Source: an uncultured Aliarcobacter sp.
GTDB taxonomy: Bacteria > Campylobacterota > Campylobacteria > Campylobacterales > Arcobacteraceae
NCBI GenBank assembly: GCA_963664305.2
Contig: CAXXLV010000002.1
Location: 1,280,001 to 1,344,000, forward strand
Reading direction: 5' to 3'
DNA length: 64,000 nucleotides
Shown: positions 1 to 10,402 of the stretch, one piece after another
Position numbering within the stretch: the first letter of the stretch is position 1
Layout of the letters: every line of letters starts with the position of its first letter
Made by a program: the position numbers and the translations under genes
The notes under the pieces: model-generated
Database searches by the model: none
What the model was told of the DNA's origin: nothing
Seen by the model: only the letters and a program-made list of their open reading frames with translations

Positions 1-285
1 TAAACTTTGAACTTTTTTATCTTTTTTATAAGCATATTTAACAAGATTATAAATATCAGGTTTATTTATAATTCCATAGAAACTATTTTGTGAAAGTTTG
101 TTGAAATTATCATAAATTGTGTCATATTGTGTTGAGTATAATTGCTTTAAATTAGTTAAATAATTATTGATTTCTTTTTCCAATTGGAATTTAAAATAAA
201 AAAAAGATGTGGATAATAAAAAAAGAAAAATAACAATAGCTAAAATTGATTCTTCAACAAAATTTCTAAACTTCTCTATATACAT
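1..285 (-). CDS. 5' part of a membrane-anchored protein (possible periplasmic-sensor signalling protein), runs off the window edge
   Basis: Hand translation from ATG at 285: MYIEKFRNFVEESILAIVIFLFLLSTSFFYFKFQLEKEINNYL..., open to position 1, one N-terminal hydrophobic helix. Confidence 0.6.
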   Translation of the reverse strand, partial: MYIEKFRNFVEESILAIVIFLFLLSTSFFYFKFQLEKEINNYLTNLKQLYSTQYDTIYDNFNKLSQNSFYGIINKPDIYNLVKYAYKKDKKVQSL

Positions 286-441
286 TAGGTCTTTCAATTA
301 TAAGTTTTTCCAATCTTATAACAATAAATATTAAATTTTTATTTGGAATAAAGAGTTTGTTTTAAAAATAATTTTTACAAGAACTATATAATTTTTATAA
401 AATAATTTATTCTTTACATTGTATACTACATTATGATAGAA

Positions 442-474
442 TTTTAAATAGGATAAATATAGTCCTATTTAAAA
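442..474. promoter_or_regulatory. Inverted repeat upstream of sufB, candidate Rrf2/IscR-type operator
   Basis: TTTTAAATAGGA-taaatatag-TCCTATTTAAAA, perfect 12-bp arms, 25 bp before the sufB ATG. Confidence 0.65.
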
Positions 475-499
475 AATTTAATATTATATTGGAGAAGTC

Positions 500-1936
500 A
501 TGAATGAGAATCAACAAATACATGACGTGATAAACAAAGAGTATAAACTTGGATTTGAAACTTTAATTCAAAGTGACACCTTTGAAAAAGGTTTAAATGA
601 AGATGTAATAAGAGCAATAAGTGCTAAGAAAAATGAACCTGAATGGCTTTTAGATTTTAGGCTTAAAGCTTACAAAAAATGGCTAAAAATGGAAGAACCA
701 ACTTGGGCACATTTAAAATATCCAAAAATTGATTATCAAGATATTGCTTATTATTCTGCACCTAAAAAAGCTTTAAATTCTTTAGATGAAGTAGACCCAG
801 AAATTTTAAAAACTTATGAAAAATTGGGAATTCCTTTAGATGAACAAAAACAATTAGCGGGCGTTGCTGTTGATGCTGTTTTTGATTCAGTATCAGTTAA
901 AACTACATATCAAGATGAGCTTGAAAAATTGGGAATTATTTTTTGTTCAATCAGTGAAGCAGCTCATAAATACCCTGAACTTGTTCAAGAGTATTTAGCA
1001 AGTGTTGTTCCACCAACTGATAACTATTTTGCAGCTTTAAACTGTGCTGTATTTACAGATGGAAGTTTTGTATATATTCCACCTCACACTAGATGTCCTA
1101 TGGAATTATCAACTTATTTTAGAATAAATGCTTTAAACACAGGACAATTTGAAAGAACTTTAATTATTTGTGATGAAGGGAGTTATGTTTCTTATAATGA
1201 AGGGTGTTCTGCTCCAACAAGAGATGAAAGACAACTTCATGCTGCTGTTGTTGAACTTTGTGCTTTAAAAGATGCTCAAATAAAATATTCTACTATTCAA
1301 AACTGGTTTCCAGGTGATGATAATGGAAAAGGTGGAATATTAAACTTTGTAACAAAAAGAGGTTTATGTAAAGGTGATAACTCTAAAATTTCTTGGACAC
1401 AAGTTGAAACAGGAAGTGCCATAACTTGGAAATATCCTTCTTGTGTACTTCAAGGAGATAATAGTGTTGGAGAATTTTATTCAGTTGCAATCGCATCAAA
1501 ATCACAACAAGCTGATACTGGAACTAAAATGGTTCATTTAGGAAAAAATACTAAATCAACAATTATTTCAAAAGGTATTTCTGCAATGCATGGAGTAAAT
1601 GCTTATAGAGGACTTGTAAGAGTTGGGAAAAATGCTTCAAATGCTAGAAATATTTCAGAGTGTGATTCACTTTTAATTGGAAATAAATGTCATGCGCACA
1701 CTTATCCATACCATGAAATAAGAAATAGCAGTGCAAATATAGAACATGAAGCAACAACTTCAAAAATCTCAGAAGAACAACTATTTTATTTAAACCAAAG
1801 AGGAATAAAAGAAGAAGATGCAATCGCTATGATTGTAAATGGTTTTTGTAAAGAAGTTTTAAAAGAATTACCAATGGAATTTGCAGCAGAAGCAAAAGAG
1901 TTATTAAATATATCACTTGAAGGAAGCGTGGGATAA
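500..1936 (+). CDS. sufB: Fe-S cluster assembly scaffold SufB
   Basis: [40 protein letters not shown] motifs. Confidence 0.97.
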   Translation: MNENQQIHDVINKEYKLGFETLIQSDTFEKGLNEDVIRAISAKKNEPEWLLDFRLKAYKKWLKMEEPTWAHLKYPKIDYQDIAYYSAPKKALNSLDEVDPEILKTYEKLGIPLDEQKQLAGVAVDAVFDSVSVKTTYQDELEKLGIIFCSISEAAHKYPELVQEYLASVVPPTDNYFAALNCAVFTDGSFVYIPPHTRCPMELSTYFRINALNTGQFERTLIICDEGSYVSYNEGCSAPTRDERQLHAAVVELCALKDAQIKYSTIQNWFPGDDNGKGGILNFVTKRGLCKGDNSKISWTQVETGSAITWKYPSCVLQGDNSVGEFYSVAIASKSQQADTGTKMVHLGKNTKSTIISKGISAMHGVNAYRGLVRVGKNASNARNISECDSLLIGNKCHAHTYPYHEIRNSSANIEHEATTSKISEEQLFYLNQRGIKEEDAIAMIVNGFCKEVLKELPMEFAAEAKELLNISLEGSVG

Positions 1937-1939
1937 ATT

Positions 1940-2707
1940 ATGAAAAATCAATTATTAAAAATAGAAAACTTACATGTTAAAATAAATGAAAATGAAATAT
2001 TAAAAGGTTTAAATTTAGAAATAAATGAAGGTGAAATTCATGTTCTTATGGGAACAAATGGAGCTGGAAAATCAACTTTAGTAAAAACTTTAAGTGCCCA
2101 CTATGACTGTATTGTGACTGAGGGAAAAATAACTTATAAAAATAAAGATTTACTTGAAATGGATGTAGCTCAAAGAGCAAATGAAGGAATTTTTATGAGT
2201 TTTCAAACTCCAGTTGAAGTTCCAGGAGTAAACAATAGTTACTTTTTAAAAACAGCGATAAATGAAAAAAGAGCTTATGAAGGATTAAATGAACTAGATG
2301 CAATGGAATTTTTAAAGCTTGTAAAAGAAGAGACATCAAAATTTAATATAGATAGAAAACTACTACAGCGAGATTTAAATGATGGATTTAGTGGTGGTGA
2401 GAAAAAAAGAAATGAACTTATTCAACTACTTATGTTAAAACCTGATTTAATTATGCTTGATGAAATTGATAGTGGACTTGATGTAGATGCTATAAAAACT
2501 GTTGCAAATGTTATAAACTCAATGCTTGATGGGAAAAAATCAATCTTAATGATTACCCATTATGATAGACTATTAGAACTTATTAAACCTGATTTTGTTC
2601 ATATTTTAAATGATGGGAAAATTGCTAAAACAGGAGATTATAACTTAGCTTTAGAACTAGATGAAAAAGGTTATGAAGCAATAGGAATAAAAGATGAAAA
2701 TAAATGA
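1940..2707 (+). CDS. sufC: Fe-S assembly ATPase SufC
   Basis: Walker A GTNGAGKST, FSGGEKKRNE, LDEIDSGLD, ITHY. Confidence 0.97.
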   Translation: MKNQLLKIENLHVKINENEILKGLNLEINEGEIHVLMGTNGAGKSTLVKTLSAHYDCIVTEGKITYKNKDLLEMDVAQRANEGIFMSFQTPVEVPGVNNSYFLKTAINEKRAYEGLNELDAMEFLKLVKEETSKFNIDRKLLQRDLNDGFSGGEKKRNELIQLLMLKPDLIMLDEIDSGLDVDAIKTVANVINSMLDGKKSILMITHYDRLLELIKPDFVHILNDGKIAKTGDYNLALELDEKGYEAIGIKDENK

Positions 2708-3725
2708 ATTAAACACTAATCTTCCAAATAAAAAAGATGAAGAGTTTTTAAAAATAAATTTTGATTCTTTGTTTTCTACTGAATTTAAAGAAGCTAAAAC
2801 TTATGAATTTGATATTATGGGTTTAAAAACTATAAAAGATGAAAACTCTTATGAATCTGTTTTATTTAATATTACAAAAAGTTTAGATGAAAATCAAAAA
2901 GTTTTAACTATAGATAAAAATATTGCTGAACCAATTTTTTTAATTCATAAAATAAAAGAAGATGAAACACTTTTTTCTAACTCTTTAAAAATAGAAGTAA
3001 AAGAAAATATCAAAGCTCAAGTAGTGGAAGTTTTTGTAAACAGTTCTAAAAACTCTGCTTTTACAGTAAATAGAAATATTATTTTAGAAGAAAATGCTTC
3101 TTTAGAATATGTAAAAATTCAAGATATAAATGCTTCAAATTCTATGATTTTTGCAAATAGTATAAAACAAGAAAGAAGTTCAAATCTTGAAATAACAAAT
3201 CTTGAGTTTGGTGATGGTTTTATAGTAAATAGTTTTGAAAATATTATAAATAAAGAGTTTGTAAATTATGAATTAAACGGATTAATTAAATTATCAAATG
3301 ATTCAACAACTACAACTTTAGTAAAAACAGTTCATAACGAAAAAAACTCTACAAGTTCGATAAACTATAAAAACTCTTTAAAAGATAGTTCAAAAGCTGT
3401 TGTAAAAATAAAATCAATCGTAAATGAAACTGCACCATTTACAAAAGCATTTCAAAACTGTAATACTATATTATTAAGTGATGATGCAACAATTTTTGCA
3501 CAACCTCATCTTGAAATTTTAATAGATGAACTTGAAGCTTCACATGGAGCAACAACAGGAACTTTAAATCAAGACCAACTTTTATATCTTTGTTCACGTG
3601 GTATAAAAAAAGAAACAGCTTATGAAATGTTATTAAATGCTTTTGAAAGTACAATAAAATCTAATATAAAAAATGAGATAATAAAAGAGTTTGTAGAAAA
3701 TTATAAAAGGGAAAAATATGTTTAA
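2694..3725 (+). CDS. sufD: Fe-S assembly protein SufD
   Basis: PHLEI..ASHGATTG..LYLCSRGI C-terminal motif, position in operon. Confidence 0.9.
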   Translation: MKINELNTNLPNKKDEEFLKINFDSLFSTEFKEAKTYEFDIMGLKTIKDENSYESVLFNITKSLDENQKVLTIDKNIAEPIFLIHKIKEDETLFSNSLKIEVKENIKAQVVEVFVNSSKNSAFTVNRNIILEENASLEYVKIQDINASNSMIFANSIKQERSSNLEITNLEFGDGFIVNSFENIINKEFVNYELNGLIKLSNDSTTTTLVKTVHNEKNSTSSINYKNSLKDSSKAVVKIKSIVNETAPFTKAFQNCNTILLSDDATIFAQPHLEILIDELEASHGATTGTLNQDQLLYLCSRGIKKETAYEMLLNAFESTIKSNIKNEIIKEFVENYKREKYV

Positions 3726-4902
3726 AAATGATTTTCCATACTTCCAAAACTCAAAAACTATTTATTTGGATAATGGAGCAACAACTCAAAAACCAAAAAG
3801 TGTTATAGATTCACAAGTTGAATATTATGAACATTATTGCTCAAACACTCATAGAAGTAACTTTGGCGATGCAAATAGAGCGACTTTGGAGTTTGAGAAA
3901 GTAAGAATCCTTTTAAAAGAGTTTATAAATGCTTCAGCAAAAGAAGAGATTATTTTTACAAAAGGTGTAACAGAATCTTTAAACTTTATAGCAACTTCAT
4001 TTGCAAAAGATTTTAAAACTGTAATTATTTCTAGTTTAGAACACCATTCAAATATCGTACCTTGGCACATGCAAGGAAGAACTTTGGGAAATGGTCTTGA
4101 AGTTGTAAATTGTAATGAAAATTTAGATTTTGATATGAACCATTTTGAAGAACTTTTAAAAGCTAATCCAAATGCTTTTGTAAGTATTACTCATATTTCA
4201 AATGCTTTTGGAAAAATCCATGATATGGAAGCTATCACAAAACTAGCTCACTCTTATGGTGCTATTGTTATGTGTGATGGAGCTCAAAGTTTAGCTCATC
4301 TAAAAGTGGATATACAAAAACTAGATGTTGATTTTTTTGCAATTTCTGGTCATAAAACATTTGGACCAACTGGTGTTGGAGCAATTTATATAAAAGAAAA
4401 ATATCTAAAAGATATAAAACCTTATCAAACTGGTGGAGCAACTATACATGAAGTTGATTTTAATGGTTCAACTTTACTTGATTCTCCATATAAATTTGAA
4501 GCAGGAACACAAAATATTGCTGGTGTTATAGGTTTTGGGAAAGCATTAGAATATATAAATCATGTAAGATATGAAAATATTGAAAATTTAGAACATAAAG
4601 TTTTTAAATATTTAGATGAAGAGTTAGCAAAACTTCCTGATATTGTATTTTACAATGACATTACAAATGCAATTGGAAGTAGAAGTTTCAACTTCAAAGG
4701 AATAGTTCACGATGATATTGGAATACTTCTTGATAAAATGGGAGTTGCTCTAAGAGTTGGTCATCACTGTGCACAACCAATTATGAAAAAATTAGGAGTA
4801 AAAGGAACTATTAGAGTTAGTACAGCTTTTTATAATGATTATGTAGATGTTGATAAATTAATTGAGGCACTAAAAAGAGCCTTAACGATGTTAAAGGGAT
4901 AA
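3718..4902 (+). CDS. sufS: Cysteine desulfurase SufS
   Basis: YLDNGATTQKP, EHHSN, SGHK (PLP Lys), RVGHHCAQP. Confidence 0.95.
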   Translation: MFKNDFPYFQNSKTIYLDNGATTQKPKSVIDSQVEYYEHYCSNTHRSNFGDANRATLEFEKVRILLKEFINASAKEEIIFTKGVTESLNFIATSFAKDFKTVIISSLEHHSNIVPWHMQGRTLGNGLEVVNCNENLDFDMNHFEELLKANPNAFVSITHISNAFGKIHDMEAITKLAHSYGAIVMCDGAQSLAHLKVDIQKLDVDFFAISGHKTFGPTGVGAIYIKEKYLKDIKPYQTGGATIHEVDFNGSTLLDSPYKFEAGTQNIAGVIGFGKALEYINHVRYENIENLEHKVFKYLDEELAKLPDIVFYNDITNAIGSRSFNFKGIVHDDIGILLDKMGVALRVGHHCAQPIMKKLGVKGTIRVSTAFYNDYVDVDKLIEALKRALTMLKG

Positions 4903-4903
4903 A

Positions 4904-5314
4904 ATGAGTAGCATTGAAGAAAGAGTAAATGAGATAAAAGAAGATTTAGATTTTTTTGATGATGAACTTGCAAAATATGAATATATTATTGATTTAGGAA
5001 AAAAACTAGAAGAGTTTAATGAAACTGACAAAATACCAGCAAATATAGTTCATGGTTGTACTTCTCAAGTTTGGTTAACACATGAGATAAAAGATGGGAA
5101 AATGTATTTTCATGGAACAAGTGATGCCATAATTGTAAAAGGTTTAGTTTATATGATATTAAAAATTTTTTCAGACTCAACTATACAAGAATTAAAAGAT
5201 ATTGATATGGATATTGTTCATGAATTAAAACTAAGTGAAGTAATAACTCCAAATAGACAAAGTGGAGTTATTGGAATGATAAAAAAAATAAAAGAGTATG
5301 CCCAAAACGCATAA
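4904..5314 (+). CDS. sufE: Sulfur acceptor SufE
   Basis: VHGCTSQVW, SDAIIVKGL. Confidence 0.93.
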   Translation: MSSIEERVNEIKEDLDFFDDELAKYEYIIDLGKKLEEFNETDKIPANIVHGCTSQVWLTHEIKDGKMYFHGTSDAIIVKGLVYMILKIFSDSTIQELKDIDMDIVHELKLSEVITPNRQSGVIGMIKKIKEYAQNA

Positions 5315-5325
5315 AGGATTAAAAA

Positions 5326-5676
5326 ATGAGTAAAATTTTTGATTTGGAAAATATAAAAGAAAAAGTAATAGAAAATTTAAAAAAAGTTTATGACCCAGAA
5401 ATTCCAGCAGATATTTACAATCTTGGATTAATATATGAAATAAGATTTGAAGAAAAAGAAAACTATTTATACTGCGAAATTGATATGACACTTACTAGTC
5501 CAGCTTGTCCTGTTGCAGATTCTTTACTTGAACAAGTAAAATATGTAACTCTTGCTGTTGATGAGATTGATGAAGTAAGAGTAAATTTAGTGTTTAATCC
5601 AACTTGGGATCCCTCAATGATGAGTGAAGATGCCAGAGAAATTATGGGTGCAAGTGGAGCAGCTATGCCTTTTTAA
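5326..5676 (+). CDS. sufT: DUF59/SufT Fe-S maturation protein
   Basis: VYDPEI..IYNLGLIY..MTLTSPACP. Confidence 0.88.
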   Translation: MSKIFDLENIKEKVIENLKKVYDPEIPADIYNLGLIYEIRFEEKENYLYCEIDMTLTSPACPVADSLLEQVKYVTLAVDEIDEVRVNLVFNPTWDPSMMSEDAREIMGASGAAMPF

Positions 5677-5685
5677 GGTATAGCT
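5661..5685 (+). terminator. Hairpin at end of suf operon
   Basis: AGCTATGCCTT...AAGGTATAGCT overlapping the sufT stop. Confidence 0.55.
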
Positions 5686-5711
5686 CTTTATTATCATAGC
5701 TTTTTATTAAT

Positions 5712-5754
5712 CTACAAATAAAACATACAAAAAATACATTATTTCTCATATAAT
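5712..5754 (+). promoter_or_regulatory. Direct-repeat promoter motif copy 1 (upstream of SDR)
   Basis: CTACAAATAAAACATACAAAA; TACAAA at 5713 and 5726; TATAAT at 5749. Confidence 0.6.
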
Positions 5755-5802
5755 CATTTCAAGTTAGTATTTGCTAGCTTAAATAAACAGAGGTTGTTTA
5801 TC

Positions 5803-6561
5803 ATGGCAAAAAAAGTTTGGATTATTGGTGCTAGTAGTGGAATTGGTTTAGAATTAGTAAAGTTGTGGCTAAAAAACAATTATTTAGTAATAGCAAGTTC
5901 AAGAAATATAGAAAATTCAAATGAGCTATTAAATCTAAAATCAACGTACTTGGATAATCTACAACTTTTAAATATTGATGTTTTAGATAACGAAAATGTT
6001 ATCGAAAGTGTGGATAGAGCATTTAATATTTTTAATGGTTTAGATATCTGTTTTTACAATGCAGGAGTCTATGAATCAATGACTTACGAGCAATGGAATA
6101 TTTCAAATTTTGAATCCATGATAAATATTAATTATTTAGGTGTTTTAAAAGTTTTAAAACCTCTTATTGCTTATTTGGAAAAACAAAAAAGCCAATCAAC
6201 TATTGTTTTAAATGCAAGTTTAGCAAGTTGTTTTGGTTTACCTTATGGTGGAGCTTATAGTGCTTCAAAAGCTGCATTAGTTAATCTTGCCCAATCTTTA
6301 CAGCCAGAATTACAAAGAAAAAATATTTATGTGCAAATTATAAATCATGGTTTTGTAAAAACAAGACTAACAGCTAAAAATGATTTTGAAATGCCACAAT
6401 TAATGGAAGTTGACTATGCAGCTAAAAAAATATTTGAAGGATTAAACAAGCCTTATAGATTTGAGATATCGTTTCCTTTTTTACTCTCAAGTTTTTTAAA
6501 ATTGCTTAGCTTATTACCATATAAGTGGAGTTTTTCAATAACAAAAAGATTTTTAAAATGA
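5803..6561 (+). CDS. Short-chain dehydrogenase/reductase
   Basis: GASSGIG, NAG, YSASK; ATG at 5803 after GAGG preferred over TTG at 5794. Confidence 0.9.
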   Translation: MAKKVWIIGASSGIGLELVKLWLKNNYLVIASSRNIENSNELLNLKSTYLDNLQLLNIDVLDNENVIESVDRAFNIFNGLDICFYNAGVYESMTYEQWNISNFESMININYLGVLKVLKPLIAYLEKQKSQSTIVLNASLASCFGLPYGGAYSASKAALVNLAQSLQPELQRKNIYVQIINHGFVKTRLTAKNDFEMPQLMEVDYAAKKIFEGLNKPYRFEISFPFLLSSFLKLLSLLPYKWSFSITKRFLK

Positions 6562-6601
6562 TTAAAATTAAAATTCTTGTGAAATATATAGATTTGATTT
6601 T

Positions 6602-7864
6602 ATGAATAATAATACCCTAAAAAGCAAAGAAATTCTTTTATATGGAATATTGGGAATTCCTATTGCTTTTTTGGGTTTTCCTTTATATATTTATTTACCT
6701 ACTTTTTATGTTGAACATATTGGTTTAAGTGTTGGAATGGTTGGAACTATTTTATTAATTGCAAGATTACTTGATATGATTGCTGACCCATTTATTGGAA
6801 GATTTTGTGATATCTATAGCACTAAATTTAATATTATTTTTGTCTCTTCAATTTTTTTAGTTTTGGGACTATTTTTTCTAATAAAACCTATTTTTTATAG
6901 TTCTTTTTGGTTATTTTTATTTTCTATTCTTACATATATCTCTTATAGTTTTGTTTTAATTCCTTATCTTAGTTTAAACTCTATTTTGAGTAATAATGAA
7001 AGTGAAAATACAAAACTTGCCTTTTCAAGGGAGATTTTTATAATAGTTGGAGTTCTAATCTCTTTATTAATTCCTTATATATTTTTAGTTTCAGATGATT
7101 CAAAAAAGAGTTTAGAACTTTTACTTTATACAATTTTGATTATTTTTCCTGTTTTTTTACTTCTATTTTTTACAAAACTAAAACACTTGGAAAAAAAAGA
7201 GGAGCTTTTAAAAAATGAAAATTTCTTCAAATCCTTAAAAACATTTTTTATAAATTTCCCACACCATAAAAAACTATTTTTTGCTTTTTTATTAAATAAT
7301 CTAGCAAATGCACTTCCAGCAACTCTGTTTTTATTTTTTGTAAAATATGTGTTAGTTTTAGAAGAAAGAAGTGGACTTTTTTTGATAATCTATTTTTTAA
7401 GTGCAATTATTACTTTTCCAATTTGGATAAAACTCTCAACTAAAATCTCAAAAAAATCAACTTGGATTTTGTCAATTATTATTGCAATTAGTGCTTTTAG
7501 TTTTGTGCCTTTTTTAAATGAAGGGGATTTTTTCTATTTTGCAATTATTTGTGTTATAACTGGAATGTGTTTGGGAGCTGATATGGCATTACCCTCTTCT
7601 ATTCAAGCTGATGTAACACAAGAAACAAAAAAGCAAAATAAAGATTTAACAGGAGTTTTATTTGGTTTTTGGGCGATGATTACAAAACTATCTTTATCCT
7701 TAGCTGTTGCAATTTCTTTTATAAGTTTAGAGTTTACAAATTTTGAAACTTCAAATATAAATCAAACTTCAATTTATGCAATCATTTTTTTATATTCAAT
7801 AATGCCCATAATCTTCAAAATATTTTCTATTATTTTTTTATTAAAATATAAAGCTACAAAATAA
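6602..7864 (+). CDS. MFS transporter (GPH/MFS_2 family)
   Basis: ~12 hydrophobic helices, ARLLDMIADPFIG, GAD..LP.SIQADV. Confidence 0.88.
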   Translation: MNNNTLKSKEILLYGILGIPIAFLGFPLYIYLPTFYVEHIGLSVGMVGTILLIARLLDMIADPFIGRFCDIYSTKFNIIFVSSIFLVLGLFFLIKPIFYSSFWLFLFSILTYISYSFVLIPYLSLNSILSNNESENTKLAFSREIFIIVGVLISLLIPYIFLVSDDSKKSLELLLYTILIIFPVFLLLFFTKLKHLEKKEELLKNENFFKSLKTFFINFPHHKKLFFAFLLNNLANALPATLFLFFVKYVLVLEERSGLFLIIYFLSAIITFPIWIKLSTKISKKSTWILSIIIAISAFSFVPFLNEGDFFYFAIICVITGMCLGADMALPSSIQADVTQETKKQNKDLTGVLFGFWAMITKLSLSLAVAISFISLEFTNFETSNINQTSIYAIIFLYSIMPIIFKIFSIIFLLKYKATK

Positions 7865-7896
7865 GCATACAAAACTCTCTTTTTTTATAATAAATT
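7854..7896 (+). promoter_or_regulatory. Direct-repeat promoter motif copy 2 (upstream of lipocalin/FAD oxidoreductase operon)
   Basis: CTACAAAATAAGCATACAAAA; TACAAA at 7855 and 7868; TAAATT at 7891. Confidence 0.6.
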
Positions 7897-7922
7897 ACAT
7901 TGTTTAAACAAAAGGAGTATTT

Positions 7923-8411
7923 GTGAAGTTTTTATTTTTGGCAATATTTTTTTCTTCATCAATCTTTGCAAATACTCTTGTTGATATTAAAAAATTTTCT
8001 GGACTTTGGTATGAAATAGCAAGAATTGAAAATAGCTTTCAAACCTCATGTGTAGCTTCAAGTGTAGAATACAAACTCCAAGTTGATAATACTTATGACG
8101 TTTATAATAGATGTTTTGAAAATGAATTAAATGGAAAACTAATCGAATACAATGGTTTTGCAAAACTTGAAAATAACCAACTTTTTATGAGATATTTTTT
8201 TGTTTTTAGAACTTCATATAAAATCGAATATTTGAATGATTATAAAACAGCTGTTGTTTCAAATGATGATTATTCAAATCTTTGGATTATGAGTAGAACA
8301 CCAAATATAGATAAAAATGAGTTAGAAAAAATTCTAAATGATTTAAAAAACAAAATGGATATTTCAAAATTAGTTTTTACAAAACTTGACCCAAAAGGAA
8401 GATACAAATGA
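7923..8411 (+). CDS. Lipocalin (Blc-like), signal peptide without obvious lipobox
   Basis: FSGLWYEIAR, two Cys, LWIMSRTP; GTG start after AGGAG. Confidence 0.85.
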   Translation: MKFLFLAIFFSSSIFANTLVDIKKFSGLWYEIARIENSFQTSCVASSVEYKLQVDNTYDVYNRCFENELNGKLIEYNGFAKLENNQLFMRYFFVFRTSYKIEYLNDYKTAVVSNDDYSNLWIMSRTPNIDKNELEKILNDLKNKMDISKLVFTKLDPKGRYK

Positions 8412-9646
8412 AAATAGCAGTTTTAGGAGCTGGAATTAGTGGACTTGGAAGTGCCTATATTTTAAGCAAAAAACATGAAGTTGATTTATACGAAAAAGAG
8501 GATAGATTAGGAGGTCATGCTAGAACTACTATGGTTCAAGATGAGGATAAAGTCTTTGGCGTTGATACTGGTTTTTTAGTTTTTAATCATCCAACTTATC
8601 CACTTTTGACAAAACTATTTAAAGAGTTAGATGTAAAAATAGAAAACTCAGATATGAGTTTTGCTTTTTGGGATAAAGATATAAACAGAGCTTACAATGG
8701 TTCTTCTTTAAAAGGAATGTTTGCTCAAAAAAGAAATCTTTTTTCACTTGCTCACTATAAAATGATAAAAGATATTTTAGATTTTAATAAAAAAGCAAAT
8801 GAAGATTTAAAAGAGTGTAATTCAAATTTAGACAAAACTTTAGGAGAATACATAAAAGATTATTCAAGTGCTTTCAAACAAAGATATTTACTTCCTATGG
8901 GTGCTGCTATTTGGTCAACTCCAAGTAATGAAATAAATAATTTTCCAGCAAGAACATTTTTAACATTTTTTAAAAACCATGGACTTTTAGGTGTATCTAC
9001 TCATCATCAATGGCTAACTGTTAGTAATGGAAGTATAAATTATGTAAATAAAATAAAAAATAAAATCTCAGGAAAAATATTTGTAAACTCTGATGTTGTA
9101 AAAGTTCAAAGGGAAGAAAATGGAGTTTATTTAATCCATAGAAATGGAAATAAATCTTTTTATGACAAAGTTGTATTAGCTATGCACGCACCTGAAGCTT
9201 TAGAGATTTTAAAAAATCCTACACCAAAAGAAATTGAGATTTTAAGTGCTTTTAAATATAAAGAAAATAGTGCTGTTTTACACAATGATAATAATATTTT
9301 ATATCCAAATAGAAAAATGTATGCAGCTTGGAACTACACAAGTTCAAACAAACAAAATAAACTTGTAACACTTAGTTATTGGATAAATACTCTACAAAAT
9401 CTAAAAACAAAAAAAGATTATTTTGTCTCTTTAAATGAAACGCAAAATATAAATAATGTTATTGAAAAAATCTCTTATGAACACCCTCAGTTTGATTCAA
9501 AGGCAATAAAGATGCAAAGTAGAAAAAATGAAATTTGTGGACATAATAATACCTATTTTGCAGGGGCTTATTGGAGATATGGTTTCCATGAAGATGGACT
9601 TTTAAGTGCTACAAAAGTGGCTTCAAAACTTGGATGCGAGTTCTAA
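8408..9646 (+). CDS. FAD-dependent amine-oxidase-family oxidoreductase (UfaD-like fatty acid desaturase)
   Basis: GAGISG, RLGGHART, VDTGFLVFN..YP, AAIWS, GAYWRYGFHEDG. Confidence 0.88.
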   Translation: MKIAVLGAGISGLGSAYILSKKHEVDLYEKEDRLGGHARTTMVQDEDKVFGVDTGFLVFNHPTYPLLTKLFKELDVKIENSDMSFAFWDKDINRAYNGSSLKGMFAQKRNLFSLAHYKMIKDILDFNKKANEDLKECNSNLDKTLGEYIKDYSSAFKQRYLLPMGAAIWSTPSNEINNFPARTFLTFFKNHGLLGVSTHHQWLTVSNGSINYVNKIKNKISGKIFVNSDVVKVQREENGVYLIHRNGNKSFYDKVVLAMHAPEALEILKNPTPKEIEILSAFKYKENSAVLHNDNNILYPNRKMYAAWNYTSSNKQNKLVTLSYWINTLQNLKTKKDYFVSLNETQNINNVIEKISYEHPQFDSKAIKMQSRKNEICGHNNTYFAGAYWRYGFHEDGLLSATKVASKLGCEF

Positions 9647-9647
9647 A

Positions 9648-10400
9648 ATGCAAAATTTATCAAATCACAATATTTTTGAAGGAACTATCTATCATAAAAG
9701 ATTTCTTCCTAAAAAGCATGATTTTAAATATAACTTTTATCTGCTTGATATTGATGTATTTGATTTAAAAAGTTTAGAAAATAAAATCTTTTCTATAAAC
9801 AAACTAAATTTTATGAGTTTACAAAGTTTTGACCACTTTGGAAAAACTACGGATTTTATAAAAAACATAGAGGAACTTTTAAAAAGATTTGATTTAAAAA
9901 CAACATCAAAAATGAGATTTTTAACACTTCCAAGGGTTTTAAACTTTGTTTTTAATCCTATTAGTGTTTTGGTTTTATTTGATGAAGAAAACCTTCCAAC
10001 TCATATTTTAGCTGAAGTTCATAACTACAACAACGGTCGTGTTGTTTACCCAGTAAAACTTGAAAAAAGAGACAATTCATATTTTGGAGTTGTAAAAAAA
10101 GATATGTATGTTTCGCCTTTTTTTCAATGTGAGGGAGTTTATGAGTTTGAGCTAAAGTATGAAAAAAACAAATTATTTATAAAAATAGATTTATACGAAG
10201 ATAAACAACACAAATTGACGGCGATTTTTAACTCAAAAGCAAAGCTCTACTCTTTTAAAAATATACTAAAAATATTTTTTAGATATATGTTCAGCACTTT
10301 TTTAGTGGTAAGTAGGACATATTTTCAAGCAATTAGACTTTATTTAAAAGGGTTAAAAATCTATTTTCCAAGAGAAAATGACAAAATAAGGAGGTATTAA
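9648..10400 (+). CDS. DUF1365 family protein (UfaO-like)
   Basis: HKRF.P..H.F.Y, PR....FNP.S, AEVHN, K.MYVSPF; ATG at 9648 just after the upstream stop. Confidence 0.88.
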   Translation: MQNLSNHNIFEGTIYHKRFLPKKHDFKYNFYLLDIDVFDLKSLENKIFSINKLNFMSLQSFDHFGKTTDFIKNIEELLKRFDLKTTSKMRFLTLPRVLNFVFNPISVLVLFDEENLPTHILAEVHNYNNGRVVYPVKLEKRDNSYFGVVKKDMYVSPFFQCEGVYEFELKYEKNKLFIKIDLYEDKQHKLTAIFNSKAKLYSFKNILKIFFRYMFSTFLVVSRTYFQAIRLYLKGLKIYFPRENDKIRRY

Positions 10401-10402
10401 AA

